Below are positions 36,755 to 46,795 of a stretch of DNA of 64,000 nucleotides, piece after piece (positions within the stretch are counted from its first letter, which is position 1; each line of letters begins with the position of its first letter). Source of the DNA: a bacterium (lineage in GTDB: Bacteria > RBG-13-61-14 > DATKZS01); NCBI GenBank assembly GCA_046484135.1, contig JAWOBU010000269.1:401-64400 (forward strand). Direction: 5' to 3'. The notes under the pieces are model-generated. The model was not told the DNA's origin and ran no database searches. It saw only the letters and a list, made by a program, of their open reading frames with translations. The position numbers and the translations under genes are program-made.

Positions 36755-37302
36755 TTTTTCTCCTCCGCAAGCGGGCTCAGCTCTTGCCGGAGCTTCTTCA
36801 TGGCCAGGTGCATCCTGGAGAGGACGGTGTTCAAGTTGGTCTCCTTCATGCTTGCTATCTCTTTAAAAGAAAGTCCTCCATACTCGCGCAAAAGGAAGAC
36901 CTCTTTCTGCTCGGGGGAAAGACTTTCCAAGGCCCCCTCCAGGGCTTTTTTCATCTCGTTTTTCATGGTCCGGGTCTCGGGGTCCTCTCCTCCCGCGTAC
37001 TCAGGAGGATCGGCCTCCATGCTCACCGGGTCGCGCTTCCTCCGCCGGAGCCGGTCTTTTGCCAGGTTCGTAGCTATGGAAAAGACCCATGTCGAAAAGC
37101 TCCGGTCCGAATCAAAGCTGTCCCGGTGTTTGACCACCCTGATGAAGGTGTCCTGAAAGATGTCCTCGGCTTCCTGTCGGTCTCTAACCATTCTCATGAC
37201 CACCGTGAAAAGCGGCTTCCGGTAACGCTCCAAAAGCTCCTCGAACGATCCCCTGTCACCTGCGCGATATCTGTCAAACAGCTCCTCGTCGGAATTCTTC
37301 AT
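36751..37302 (-). CDS. ECF-type RNA polymerase sigma-70 family sigma factor
   Basis: Region 2 (…DIFQDTFIRVVKH…) and region 4 (…KEIASMKETNLNTVLSRMHLAMKKLR) signatures in a 183-aa ORF. Confidence 0.85.
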   Translation of the reverse strand: MKNSDEELFDRYRAGDRGSFEELLERYRKPLFTVVMRMVRDRQEAEDIFQDTFIRVVKHRDSFDSDRSFSTWVFSIATNLAKDRLRRRKRDPVSMEADPPEYAGGEDPETRTMKNEMKKALEGALESLSPEQKEVFLLREYGGLSFKEIASMKETNLNTVLSRMHLAMKKLRQELSPLAEEKK

Positions 37303-37475
37303 TATGCTCTCCGATTTCCCGCTTCCATTAGATACTACGAACGGAAGACGGATTTATTTGAACAACGCCGGGTGTTCCCGTTTGGGTTAAAATAAAAAAG
37401 CAGGGCTTCTTCGCCCCGGTGCGGAAAGGATAAAGTTTCCTGGACAAAAGTCGGGGGGGTAAAAAATATGCATAA

Positions 37476-37505
37476 AAAAGGGCGGCAAAGCCGCCCTTTT
37501 TTACT
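37476..37505 (-). terminator. Rho-independent terminator downstream of the RRM protein gene
   Basis: On the minus strand, aaagggcggctttgccgcccttt forms a hairpin followed by a T-run. Confidence 0.6.
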
Positions 37506-37507
37506 TT

Positions 37508-37789
37508 TTAAAACCTGTTTTGCTGAGGTTTCCTTTTCTGCTGCTCCCTGGCATAGTTCACCTTGAGGTTTCTTCCCTCAAAGGCATAGCCGTCGAGCGC
37601 GTCTATGGACTGCTGGGCTTCGTCTTCCGTTCCCATTTCCACAAACCCGAAACCCCTGGACCTCCCCGTCTCGCGATCGGTTATGATCCTGCATTCCACT
37701 ACCTGTCTCCCGTCGCCCTCGAAGAGCTCGCGCAGAGCCTCCTCCGAGGTACGGAAGGGCAGGTTGCCCACGTACAAACGATTACTCAT
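37508..37789 (-). CDS. RRM-domain RNA-binding protein
   Basis: RNP-2 (LYVGNL) and RNP-1 (RGFGFVEM) motifs. The likely start is MSNRLYVGNL…; the track ORF extends to 37909. Confidence 0.8.
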   Translation of the reverse strand: MSNRLYVGNLPFRTSEEALRELFEGDGRQVVECRIITDRETGRSRGFGFVEMGTEDEAQQSIDALDGYAFEGRNLKVNYAREQQKRKPQQNRF

Positions 37790-38265
37790 CTCTCTTTTCT
37801 CCTTTTCGAAACTTGACCGCTTACGGTCTTCCATCCTCGCTTCCGGGCCGCGATCCAGAAGCCTCCTTACCAAGCCCTGCTGACGAAGCCGTGCATCCTT
37901 TGCGATCAAGCGAACGAAAGGAGCCGATCGAGCACGAGCCGTCCGGGTAGATTACTTCGCGGCGAACTGCCCGGCTATTTAATTGTAGATTACTCCAGTA
38001 TTTTCAATCTGTCAATATGGAAATTGAAAAAAAACGAAATAAACTCTCCGCGCCGGCGAGGAAAAAGCCGGGCCTGTAGAACACTCTTTTTATGGACCGT
38101 TACCGAAAAACCTTCCCCCTCTTAAAACCATACCGGCCCTGATGCGTTTTACCCTGACAGGTTTTGGAAACAGCCGGTCGCTATATTTGGCCGGACCCGG
38201 TTGCCGGAGATAAAATTCTTCCGGTACCAAGAAAGATGAGGATTCAAACAAAGGAGAGAGTAAAG

Positions 38266-41200
38266 ATGAAATCTTACGCTGCCATCGCAACCCTGTTTCT
38301 GGCCATGTTCCTGACCCTGTTCAGCACGGGAGAAACCAGGGAGAACCCGGTACTGGACGTCTACGTTTTCTCGCCGGCGGAGCTCGATCCCGGCTCCCGC
38401 GCCTCCTTCCGGGTGGTGGTCAAGGAAGCGAAGAGCCTGACCGACTCCCGGCCGGTGGAAGGCGCCCGGGTGTGGGTAGGCTTAAAGGGCGAAGAAGACC
38501 ATTCCCTTTTGGTGGCCCGGACCAATGAGTCGGGCAGTATAACCCGGTCGGCGCGAATACCCGATGTGCCCGCGGGAGATGATTACGAGCTCGAGGTCCG
38601 GGTATCATCCCGGCTCGGAACAAAGAAGCTCAGCAAAGAAGTAAAGATAGCGCCGCGCTACCGGGTGCTCCTAACTACTGACAAGCCGCTCTACCAGCCG
38701 GGGCAGCTCATCCACATCAGGTCGGTGTCGCTGGGCATGGCCGAGCTTTCGCCCGTGGCAAATGAAAAGGTGGTCCTCGATGTCGAGGACCCGCAAGGCA
38801 ACAAGGTGTTCAAGAAGATCGGCGAGACCGACGAGTACGGCATCTTTGCCGCGGACTTTCAACTGGCGTCGGAAATCCGACTGGGCAGATACCTGGTCCG
38901 GGCCAGCGTGGGTGACCGGAGCGCGGAAAAGACAATCAAAGTTGACCGCTACGTGCTTCCCAAGTACAAGGTGGTCCTGGACACCGACCGGAGCTACTAC
39001 AAGCCGGGCGAGGAGGTGCACGGCACGGTGAGCGCCAACTACTTCTTCGGAAAGCCGGTTGCGGGCGGCAAGGTAGAGGTAACCGCAGAGGCCTTTGACG
39101 TGGAGTTCCACAAGGTGGCTGAGGTTACCGGCCGCACCGACGACGACGGCAACTTCGAGTTCGAGCTCGAGCTTCCCGACTACTTTGCCGGACAGCCCTT
39201 GGAGCAGGGGGACGCTTTTGTAAAGATCACCGCCAAGGTAACGGACCAGGCCGAGCACGAGGAAGAGGCCACGGTACAGCGCAAGGTGTCGGCCACCGAC
39301 CTCAACCTTGCGCTGGTGCCGGAGGCCGGCCGGATCATTCCCGGGGTCGAGAACACCATCTACGCGGTGGCGTCCACCCCGGACGACAAGCCGGCCCGCG
39401 CCCGCGTAACCATCAAGGCGGGAGACAAGACCATGACCGCCCGCACCGGCCGGGCGGGTATCGCGTCCGTGTCTTTCGTGCCCGAGGCCGACGACTTCCT
39501 GCGTCGCGGCAACAAACTTCATCTTTCCATCCGGGCGCACGCAGAGGACAGGCGCGGCAACGAGGTCGAGATAAAAAAGGACTTATCCGCAAAGGACACT
39601 AATGACAATGTCATGTTGCGCACCGACCGGGCGCTCTACACTGCGGGCGAGGACATGGAGCTCGAGGTCCTGTCCACCCGTGGCACCGGCACGGTTTACA
39701 TAGACCTCATCAAGAACCGGCAGACGGTGCTCACGCGGTCGGTGGAGATCAAGGACGGCAGGGGCCACACCCGGGTCTCCATTGGACCGGACGTTTTCGG
39801 GACCGTCGAGGTCCACGCTTACTCGATCCTGGGCGACGGCGAGATCATGCGGGACAGCCGGGTGGTCTACATCGAGCCGCAAGACGACCTCGATATTGAC
39901 GTGTCCCTGGACAAGGACACCTACCGGCCGGGGGAAGAGGCCCGGCTTGTATTCAAGGTTACGGATGATAAAGGCCGGGGAAAGGCCGCGGCCCTGGGCC
40001 TGTCCATAGTTGACGAAGCGGTGTTCGCCATCCAGGAGATGCAGCCCGGGCTTCTCAAGGTGTACTTCACCCTGGAGAAGGAGCTGGCCAAGCCGCGCTA
40101 CGAGGTCCACTTCTCGCCCGGCGGCTACACCATGGAAAAGGCGATACAGGAGCAAGAAGCCAAGGCGTCCCGCGACCGGGCCATGAAGGTCATGCTGGCG
40201 GGCGTGAAAAACCCCACCGAGCCGGAGTGGGCCAACAACCCGGCAAAGGAAAGGCTGGAAAAGGAGAAGAAACAGCTTCAAAGCTACGCCCGCAAGTTCG
40301 CTGGCTGGGCGAGCTCGCACCGGTTCCTGGAGAAAAACCGGCAGGGACAGTGGGTGTACCGGAGCGATGTAACCGAGCGGATGATAAAGGACGGCGCCAT
40401 CAGCGAGAAAAAGGCCCGCGACTCTTTCGGCGGGCTTTATAAGCCGGAGATGCTGGAGAGGGTGGATTCGATTTTCAAGCTCCCGAACTTTGCCCGCAAC
40501 ATGGCTTCTTACCGGCTGGCGGTGATCTACTCGGCGCTGAACATAATGTTCGAGGAGGAGGAAGAATCGTGGCTGGGCGGCATGTTTGACGGAGGCGAGG
40601 AGCCCGAGATAACGCCTGAGCTCCTGGATAAGATGGTAAAGAAAGAGTACCTGACAGAAGGCCACATCAAGGACCCGTGGGGGAAGCGCTACATAGTGCG
40701 CTATGACGAGGACAGCAAGCGAAACCCCTACAGCAACCAATACAAGCATTACGTGATAAAGTCGGCGGGACTGGACGGAGAGCCGGACACCAGGGACGAC
40801 ATCTCCGACCCGTGGGGAGCGGGACCCCGGTTTTATCAATATGTATCGAGAATCCGCAGAGAACAGGACAAGGGGCTTTTGGGCAGGGTCCTGGACCGGG
40901 TCCGGCCGTGGTTCTCGGTGGAGGAAAAAGCCCTGCGCCGGGCCCGGCCCGTAGCAGAAGCTCCCGAGGCCCAGGGGGGCGCTATGCTGGGCGACGCTGC
41001 GGAAATGGAAAGCACGGGCAAAGACACGAGCGGCAGCGGCTCGGGCAACCAGGGCGAACAAATCCGGGTCCGGGACTACTTCCCGGAGACCCTGCTGTGG
41101 GAGCCTTCGCTCATCACCGACCGGAACGGCCGCGCCGAGCTTACTTTGCCGCTTGCCGACTCGATCACCACCTGGCGGCTCACTGCGCTGGGTCATTCCG

Positions 41201-43176
41201 CGGACGGTATGTTGGGTTCGGTAACCGACGGCATCAAGGTTTTCCAGGACTTTTTCGTTGACATAGACTTCCCGGTACAGCTCACTCAGGGCGACGAGGT
41301 CGAGGTCCCGGTAGCGGTTTACAACTACCTTCCGGGCTCGCAAAAGATCAAGCTCGAGGTCCGCGAGCACCAGGGATTCGAGCTTCTTTCCGGGGCGGTA
41401 AAAAGACTCAGGCTGAAGACGAACCAGGTGGACGTGGTGTACTTCCGGGTGAAGGCGGAGGAGCTCGGCAAGCAGAGCCTGACGGTCTATGCCATCGGCT
41501 CGAAGATGAGCGACGCTGTGAAGCGGTCGGTGGAGGTTATCCCGGACGGCCTGCGCATGGAGGACGTAAAGAACGGGCAGATCACGGGAGACCTTGCCGA
41601 GACCATCAAGATACCGGATTACGCCATCGAGGACGCCAGCCGGATCATGGTGAAAGTTTACCCGGGCGTGTTCGCGCAGGTGCTGGAGGGGCTGGACAGC
41701 ATCTTCCGCATGCCCAACGGCTGCTTCGAGCAGACCACCTCGACCACCTACCCCAACGTCATGGTCCTGGCCTACATGAAAAAGACCGGCACCATCAGGC
41801 CGGAAATCCAGATGAAGGCGGAGGAGTACATCAACCTGGGCTACCAGCGACTCCTTTCCTTCGAAGTCCCCGGCGGAGGGTTCGAATGGTTCGGAAAAGA
41901 GCCAGCCCACAAGGTACTCACCGCGTACGGGCTCATGGAATTCCATGACATGAGCAAGGTCTATCCGGTAGACCCCGCGGTGATCGAAAGAACTCAGAGG
42001 TGGCTCGCTGACAAGCAGAAGGACGACGGCTCCTGGGAGCCTGCTAAGCACTGGATGGAGACCCTGTCCGGCAACGCCTTCTCGAGGTCGGTCGAGCTCA
42101 ACACCGCCTATATAACATGGTCGCTGGCCGAGACCGGCTATGAAGGACAAGAGGTGCAGAAAGGGATCAATTACTTGAAGGAGAACATGAAAGAGATTGA
42201 TGACGCTTATACCCTGGCGCTGGCCCTGAACGCGCTGGTGGCCCACGACCGGAATGATCCCGCTGCCCGCGACATCATGGACAAGCTGAACCGGCTCAAG
42301 AAAAAGGACGACAAGCGCGGGACCATCCACTGGGAGCCCGCGGGCGAGACCGCGGTGAACGGCAAGGGCAAGACCGCCAAGATCGAGACCACGGCGCTGA
42401 TCCTCTATGCCATGATCAAGGCAAGGGCTTACCCCGCCACCGTGAACCAGGGGCTTGGCTGGCTTTCGCAGCAGAAAGACGCGTTCGGGACCTTCCAGTC
42501 CACCCAGGCCACTATTCTTACATTCAAGGCCATGCTGGCCGCGGAAGAAGGGACCGGCTCGGACGTAAAAGGGGACATCACCATCAAGGCGGGAGACCGC
42601 GAGCACACCGTGTCCATCACCCCCGAGACCTCGGACGTGATGAGGATGATAGACTTCAAAGGCCAGACCGTAAAAGGCAAAAACAGAATCGAGATCGAAG
42701 CTCCCGACAACATGGGCCTCATGTACCAGGTGGTGGGCATACACTACGCGCCCTGGAAAAAGGTTGCTGAGATAAAGGGAGAGCCGCTCCTGTCCCTGGA
42801 TGTGGACTACGACCGCACGAAGCTCGAGACCAATGACGTGCTCACCGCGAATGTAAAAGCCCAGTACAACGGCGAGAAGTCAACCGAGATGGTGATCCTG
42901 GACCTCGGCATTCCGCCGGGATTCGAGCTCCTGCCCGAGAACCTGCAAAAACTGAGAGATAAGAACGTGATCGAGAAGTACAACGCCACCGGCAGGCAGA
43001 TCACGGTTTACGTGCGCAGGATGAAAAAAGGCGAGCCCCTCGAGTTCTCCTATGAGCTCAAGGCCAAGTTCCCGGTCAAGGCCAAGGCACCCAAAAGCGC
43101 GGCCTACGAGTACTACAACCCGGAGAACCGGGTGGAGACCACCCCGGTGGAGATCGAGGTAAAGAAGGCAAATTAA
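38266..43176 (+). CDS. Alpha-2-macroglobulin family protein (bacterial A2M, thioester-containing; CFEQ variant), secreted
   Basis: Signal peptide MKSYAAIATLFLAMFLTLFS (ATG at 38266 behind an aaggagag RBS). Repeated MG-like beta-sandwich segments. The thioester motif is …RMPNGCFEQTTSTTYPNVMV. The 1637-aa length fits the family. Confidence 0.85.
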   Translation: MKSYAAIATLFLAMFLTLFSTGETRENPVLDVYVFSPAELDPGSRASFRVVVKEAKSLTDSRPVEGARVWVGLKGEEDHSLLVARTNESGSITRSARIPDVPAGDDYELEVRVSSRLGTKKLSKEVKIAPRYRVLLTTDKPLYQPGQLIHIRSVSLGMAELSPVANEKVVLDVEDPQGNKVFKKIGETDEYGIFAADFQLASEIRLGRYLVRASVGDRSAEKTIKVDRYVLPKYKVVLDTDRSYYKPGEEVHGTVSANYFFGKPVAGGKVEVTAEAFDVEFHKVAEVTGRTDDDGNFEFELELPDYFAGQPLEQGDAFVKITAKVTDQAEHEEEATVQRKVSATDLNLALVPEAGRIIPGVENTIYAVASTPDDKPARARVTIKAGDKTMTARTGRAGIASVSFVPEADDFLRRGNKLHLSIRAHAEDRRGNEVEIKKDLSAKDTNDNVMLRTDRALYTAGEDMELEVLSTRGTGTVYIDLIKNRQTVLTRSVEIKDGRGHTRVSIGPDVFGTVEVHAYSILGDGEIMRDSRVVYIEPQDDLDIDVSLDKDTYRPGEEARLVFKVTDDKGRGKAAALGLSIVDEAVFAIQEMQPGLLKVYFTLEKELAKPRYEVHFSPGGYTMEKAIQEQEAKASRDRAMKVMLAGVKNPTEPEWANNPAKERLEKEKKQLQSYARKFAGWASSHRFLEKNRQGQWVYRSDVTERMIKDGAISEKKARDSFGGLYKPEMLERVDSIFKLPNFARNMASYRLAVIYSALNIMFEEEEESWLGGMFDGGEEPEITPELLDKMVKKEYLTEGHIKDPWGKRYIVRYDEDSKRNPYSNQYKHYVIKSAGLDGEPDTRDDISDPWGAGPRFYQYVSRIRREQDKGLLGRVLDRVRPWFSVEEKALRRARPVAEAPEAQGGAMLGDAAEMESTGKDTSGSGSGNQGEQIRVRDYFPETLLWEPSLITDRNGRAELTLPLADSITTWRLTALGHSADGMLGSVTDGIKVFQDFFVDIDFPVQLTQGDEVEVPVAVYNYLPGSQKIKLEVREHQGFELLSGAVKRLRLKTNQVDVVYFRVKAEELGKQSLTVYAIGSKMSDAVKRSVEVIPDGLRMEDVKNGQITGDLAETIKIPDYAIEDASRIMVKVYPGVFAQVLEGLDSIFRMPNGCFEQTTSTTYPNVMVLAYMKKTGTIRPEIQMKAEEYINLGYQRLLSFEVPGGGFEWFGKEPAHKVLTAYGLMEFHDMSKVYPVDPAVIERTQRWLADKQKDDGSWEPAKHWMETLSGNAFSRSVELNTAYITWSLAETGYEGQEVQKGINYLKENMKEIDDAYTLALALNALVAHDRNDPAARDIMDKLNRLKKKDDKRGTIHWEPAGETAVNGKGKTAKIETTALILYAMIKARAYPATVNQGLGWLSQQKDAFGTFQSTQATILTFKAMLAAEEGTGSDVKGDITIKAGDREHTVSITPETSDVMRMIDFKGQTVKGKNRIEIEAPDNMGLMYQVVGIHYAPWKKVAEIKGEPLLSLDVDYDRTKLETNDVLTANVKAQYNGEKSTEMVILDLGIPPGFELLPENLQKLRDKNVIEKYNATGRQITVYVRRMKKGEPLEFSYELKAKFPVKAKAPKSAAYEYYNPENRVETTPVEIEVKKAN

Positions 43177-43195
43177 ATTTCAAGTAAAACCAGTG

Positions 43196-43245
43196 ATAAT
43201 AAAAATCGTGCGAGCGACGGAGGCCGTGGCTTCCGTCGCTCGCAC
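43196..43245 (-). terminator. Hairpin terminator (gtgcgagcgacgg…ccgtcgctcgcac) between the A2M gene and the Hsp20 gene
   Basis: On the minus strand the 14-bp stem is followed by ATTTTTATTAT. Its motif is related to the Rep-3 family. Confidence 0.5.
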
Positions 43246-43284
43246 ATGCATTTGTTACTGGAGCCGATTAAAGAGATATAGAAA

Positions 43285-43788
43285 TCACTTGCTGCTTTTA
43301 ACCTTGATGCTCTTCTGCTTTCCGGTCTCGGTCTTGGGGAGGGTTACGTTCAGGACCCCGTCCTTGAACTCGGCTTCCACCTTGTCCTCGTCAATCTCAG
43401 AGGGCACCGGTATGCGGCGGTAGAAGGAACCGTAGCCTCTTTCCACCACGTGGTAGCCCTCTTCGTCGCTCTCTCTTTCGTGCTTCTTCTCGCCCTTCAG
43501 TACCAGGTTGTTGCCGTCCAGGCTCAACTCCACGTCGTCTTCCTTCATGCCGGGAAGCTCCGCGGTGACCTCGATCTTGTCCTTCTTCTCCTTCACGTTG
43601 ACGCGCGGCTCGAACTCGGTCAAGATTTCCCTTCCGCTAAAGGGAGCGAGTCCGGCGTCGCCAAAGAAGCTGTCGAACATCCGGTTCATCTCGCGCTGAA
43701 AGGCGGTGAAGGGGTCCGCGTATTCCCTCGGACTCAGACCTTCCTCTGCTTCACGTCTCCTCCACGGTACCAAGCTCCGTATGGTCAT
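43285..43788 (-). CDS. Hsp20/alpha-crystallin family small heat-shock protein
   Basis: Alpha-crystallin domain pattern (…KDKIEVTAELPGMKEDDVELSLDGNNLVLKGEK…GSFYRRIPVP…AEFKDGVLNVTLPK). Confidence 0.85.
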   Translation of the reverse strand: MTIRSLVPWRRREAEEGLSPREYADPFTAFQREMNRMFDSFFGDAGLAPFSGREILTEFEPRVNVKEKKDKIEVTAELPGMKEDDVELSLDGNNLVLKGEKKHERESDEEGYHVVERGYGSFYRRIPVPSEIDEDKVEAEFKDGVLNVTLPKTETGKQKSIKVKSSK

Positions 43789-43834
43789 CTCTCATCCCTC
43801 CTTTCGAGATTAGAGTTATATAGTTTGCGGCCTC

Positions 43835-44185
43835 TTACGCCGCGTTGACCTTGATCTGCCTGGGCTTCTCTTTCTCCGACTTGGGCAGGGTCAAGGTCAG
43901 GATGCCGTCTTTGAGCTCCGCGTTAATGTTGTCCCGGTCAATCTCGCCGGCGATCCGGAGAGTAGTCTCGAAATCGCCTATGTTGTACTCCCGGTAAAGC
44001 CTGGGAAGGTCTTTTGGTTCCTCGTTCACGTTTCCTTTTATGGTGAGCAGATCACCTTCGAGGTGAACTTCTATATTCTCAGAGGCGGTCCCCGGCAGAT
44101 CGCCTTTGACCAGGTAGGAGTCGCTTTTTTCCACTATATCCAGCGTCGGCGAGAACACCGGTTTTCTCGTTTCTCTCTCCGCCAT
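43835..44185 (-). CDS. Hsp20 family small heat-shock protein
   Basis: …DLPGTASENIEVHLEGDLLTIKG…GDFETTLRIAGEID…AELKDGILTLTLPK. Confidence 0.8.
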   Translation of the reverse strand: MAERETRKPVFSPTLDIVEKSDSYLVKGDLPGTASENIEVHLEGDLLTIKGNVNEEPKDLPRLYREYNIGDFETTLRIAGEIDRDNINAELKDGILTLTLPKSEKEKPRQIKVNAA

Positions 44186-44232
44186 GCTCTGTCCCTCCTT
44201 TCGTGTGTTGGAAGTTTTTACTTTTCAGCTTT

Positions 44233-44658
44233 TCAAGCCACCTTTACGGGTATCTTGCGCGGCTTCTCCTCTTCCGCCCGGGGAAGATGGATGTAAAGCA
44301 CGCCGTTCTCATAGTTGGCCTCCACTTTGTCCGATTCCACTCCATAAGGCAGTGTCACCGAGCGGGAGAAGTCGCCGGATGCACGTTCGTTCAAAACCAC
44401 TCTTTCGTCTTCTCCCGGCTCTATCCCCTGGCGGGTGCCGCTAAGGGTCAGGTTCCTTCCCTGGATGGATATGTCCAGGTTCTCCATGTCCAGCCCCGGG
44501 ATCTCGCTCGTTATAACAAGCTTTTCATCATTGCCGTACATGTTGATGGCCGGGAACGTGCCGTAGCCGACTCCCCTGCCCCGATAAGGCGTCCTGCCTC
44601 TTGCCGCGAGGGGGGACCCCCACATATCGCTTGCTAGTCCGAAAGGCATAACGGTCAC
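44233..44658 (-). CDS. Hsp20 family small heat-shock protein
   Basis: …EIPGLDMENLDISIQGRNLTLSG…GDFSRSVTLPYGV…ANYENGVLYIHLPR. Confidence 0.8.
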   Translation of the reverse strand: MTVMPFGLASDMWGSPLAARGRTPYRGRGVGYGTFPAINMYGNDEKLVITSEIPGLDMENLDISIQGRNLTLSGTRQGIEPGEDERVVLNERASGDFSRSVTLPYGVESDKVEANYENGVLYIHLPRAEEEKPRKIPVKVA

Positions 44659-44994
44659 CTCCTTTGCTTTTTGTGCTATAACTTACTCTTTTGACTCACT
44701 TTTTCACTTCAGCCTATAAATAAATTTAAACACAACTTTCATTCTGTCAAGGCCGAAAATAAACACCCCCCTAAAATTTTTCGGACTTGAACTTGCTTCG
44801 CCATCTACAGCAACGACCCGGCGATTGCGGCACCTGGATAGGGCCTGCAAAACGGATGCAAAACTTGACTGGAGAGACGGGAAGCGCGTACCATTGTTTT
44901 GTTTTCTTTTTCCATGGCTTCTGGTTTAGGTTTATGAGTTCATGCCCTGACATTAAATGACAGGAGGCCGGCTCGTTGGCGGAGGAAGGACCTT

Positions 44995-46638
44995 TTGACA
45001 GGGGGTATTAATAACCGGGGATGGTTATGGAACCGACAGCTTGCTCTGGCAGGGGCGGGGCTTGTGTTCCTGTCTTTTTTGTATCTTTCTACCGTTCGGG
45101 ACCAGCTTGGTGATTTTGGAGGAGATGCCTGCACCTATATCATGCTGGCCGAGAACATAGCGGAGGGCCGGGGCTATGAGGACCCCTCCATGCCGGGCCA
45201 CTTTACTCATACCAAGTATCCTTTCATGTTCCCTTTGCTTCTTTCGCCGGTGGTGGCCGCCTTTGGGCGGGACCTGCTTGCTGTGCGTATCGAGACTGCG
45301 CTTATGGGCGTGCTTTCGGTCATGGCGTGGGGGGCTTTTTTCTTCAGGTCCACTTCCCGGCAAAGGGCGCTGGCTCTTACGGTCCTGTTCGCTATTCATC
45401 CGTATACCTTCAGCTTTCTTACCAGGACCCTGTCCGAGACCCCCTTCCTTTTTTTCACCGGACTTTGTCTTTACCTTTTTCACCGTTACGAACAAGAGGA
45501 TGAGAGGAAAGCGCTTCTGTTCTGCATCGGCATTGCCGCGGCGGCCTACTTGACAAGGACGGCGGCGTTGCCGCTTTTGGGGGCCCTTGTCCTGGCCATG
45601 GTTGCCTCCGGCCGTTTGCGCCGACGCAGGATCATCGGGCGGGTGCCCGACTTTGCGCCGATGCTTGTGGCATTCGCGGCCGTGGTTCTGGCGTGGTCCG
45701 CTTTCGTGGCCCTCCATCCCAATCCGTCCTATAATTACTTCCAGGAGCTGTCGCAGGTCATCAGGTCCGGACAACAGCTCGGGTTCTCCCCCCTTCTGTC
45801 GAGAATAACAACCAACCTCAATTACTACTCGCTCGAGATACCGCGGCAGATGGTGCCAGTACTGCCTGCCGGCTCCACTGCTTTGCCGGCCCTGGCCATA
45901 CCGGTATGGGCGCTTATAGGCTGGGGCATGGTTTCCATGCTTCGGGAAAAACGACTTCTCGAACCAGCTTATTTTTTGGCCTACGCCGTCATGGTGGCAG
46001 TGTGGCCTCCTCACCTCGACTTCCGCTTCTTCTATCCCTTACTGCCGCTGTTCCTGTTCTTTATGCTCCAGGGCCTGCCGGTGGAAAAGGAAGCACGGAC
46101 ACGGCGCCGGGCCTTTCGCGTGGCTTTCGCTCTCCTGTGTCTTTTCCTTCTCGGCATTAACGCAACCAGGACCGTGCAGACCATCATCGCCCAGCATACG
46201 CCGGACCCGTACCCGCCCCGTCCCGCGGTCATGTTCGGACACCAGATCAATAAACCGGTCATTGACTGGTCACACACCGTTTTCGCTTACAACACCCCGC
46301 CCCACCTCTTCGCGCTGGGAGAGTTCATCGTTTTAAACCGCATCGCCAAAGACGCCCTGCCGGCCGATTCCGTCATCGCCGGCAACAAACCGAGAGTAAC
46401 CACTTTCTATACGGGAAAAAAAGCCGTCCAGATACCTCTCAATGCCGCTCCCGAGCAGGCTTTGGAGTTCCTGGCTTCCTGGAAAGTGGATTACATTATA
46501 GCGGACAGGTTCAGTGCCGAGACCAAAAACGTTGTCCTTCCCCTGTTGCGCAAAAACCCGGAGCTGTTCGAGAGGGAGATAGGTAAAAGCGGCAAGATCG
46601 CACCTGCCATTTATCGCTTCAGCCACGGTATGGATTGA
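44995..46638 (+). CDS. GT-C family membrane glycosyltransferase (GT39 / ArnT-like), paralog of 484..2262
   Basis: …GGDACTYIMLAENIAEGRGYEDPSMPGHFTHTKYPFMFPLLLSPVVAAFG… parallels the loop of the first GT39-like gene. The 547-aa ORF is multi-TM. Confidence 0.6.
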   Translation: MTGGINNRGWLWNRQLALAGAGLVFLSFLYLSTVRDQLGDFGGDACTYIMLAENIAEGRGYEDPSMPGHFTHTKYPFMFPLLLSPVVAAFGRDLLAVRIETALMGVLSVMAWGAFFFRSTSRQRALALTVLFAIHPYTFSFLTRTLSETPFLFFTGLCLYLFHRYEQEDERKALLFCIGIAAAAYLTRTAALPLLGALVLAMVASGRLRRRRIIGRVPDFAPMLVAFAAVVLAWSAFVALHPNPSYNYFQELSQVIRSGQQLGFSPLLSRITTNLNYYSLEIPRQMVPVLPAGSTALPALAIPVWALIGWGMVSMLREKRLLEPAYFLAYAVMVAVWPPHLDFRFFYPLLPLFLFFMLQGLPVEKEARTRRRAFRVAFALLCLFLLGINATRTVQTIIAQHTPDPYPPRPAVMFGHQINKPVIDWSHTVFAYNTPPHLFALGEFIVLNRIAKDALPADSVIAGNKPRVTTFYTGKKAVQIPLNAAPEQALEFLASWKVDYIIADRFSAETKNVVLPLLRKNPELFEREIGKSGKIAPAIYRFSHGMD

Positions 46639-46795
46639 TCTTCTCTGAGACCGGTAGTGAAGTTCCCCCATTTTTTATGACCGGTCAATCCCTCCATCAG
46701 CGTCTCCGGCAAGCAGGACGTTTCTCTTAAGTTTCCAATCGGCCACATACATCTCTTCCTTGTCAAATGAACTACACCAGTCGGCCACCATGATG

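Noticed and set aside
39583-42744. 1053-aa ORF on the minus strand
   Set aside because: It is entirely antisense to the alpha-2-macroglobulin gene, has low-complexity Gly/Arg/Leu-rich GC-driven composition, and no recognisable domain. It is a typical high-GC antisense artefact.
45025-46014. 329-aa minus-strand ORF
   Set aside because: It is antisense to the GT39-like gene at 44995-46638 and has a low-complexity Arg/Gly/Pro composition.
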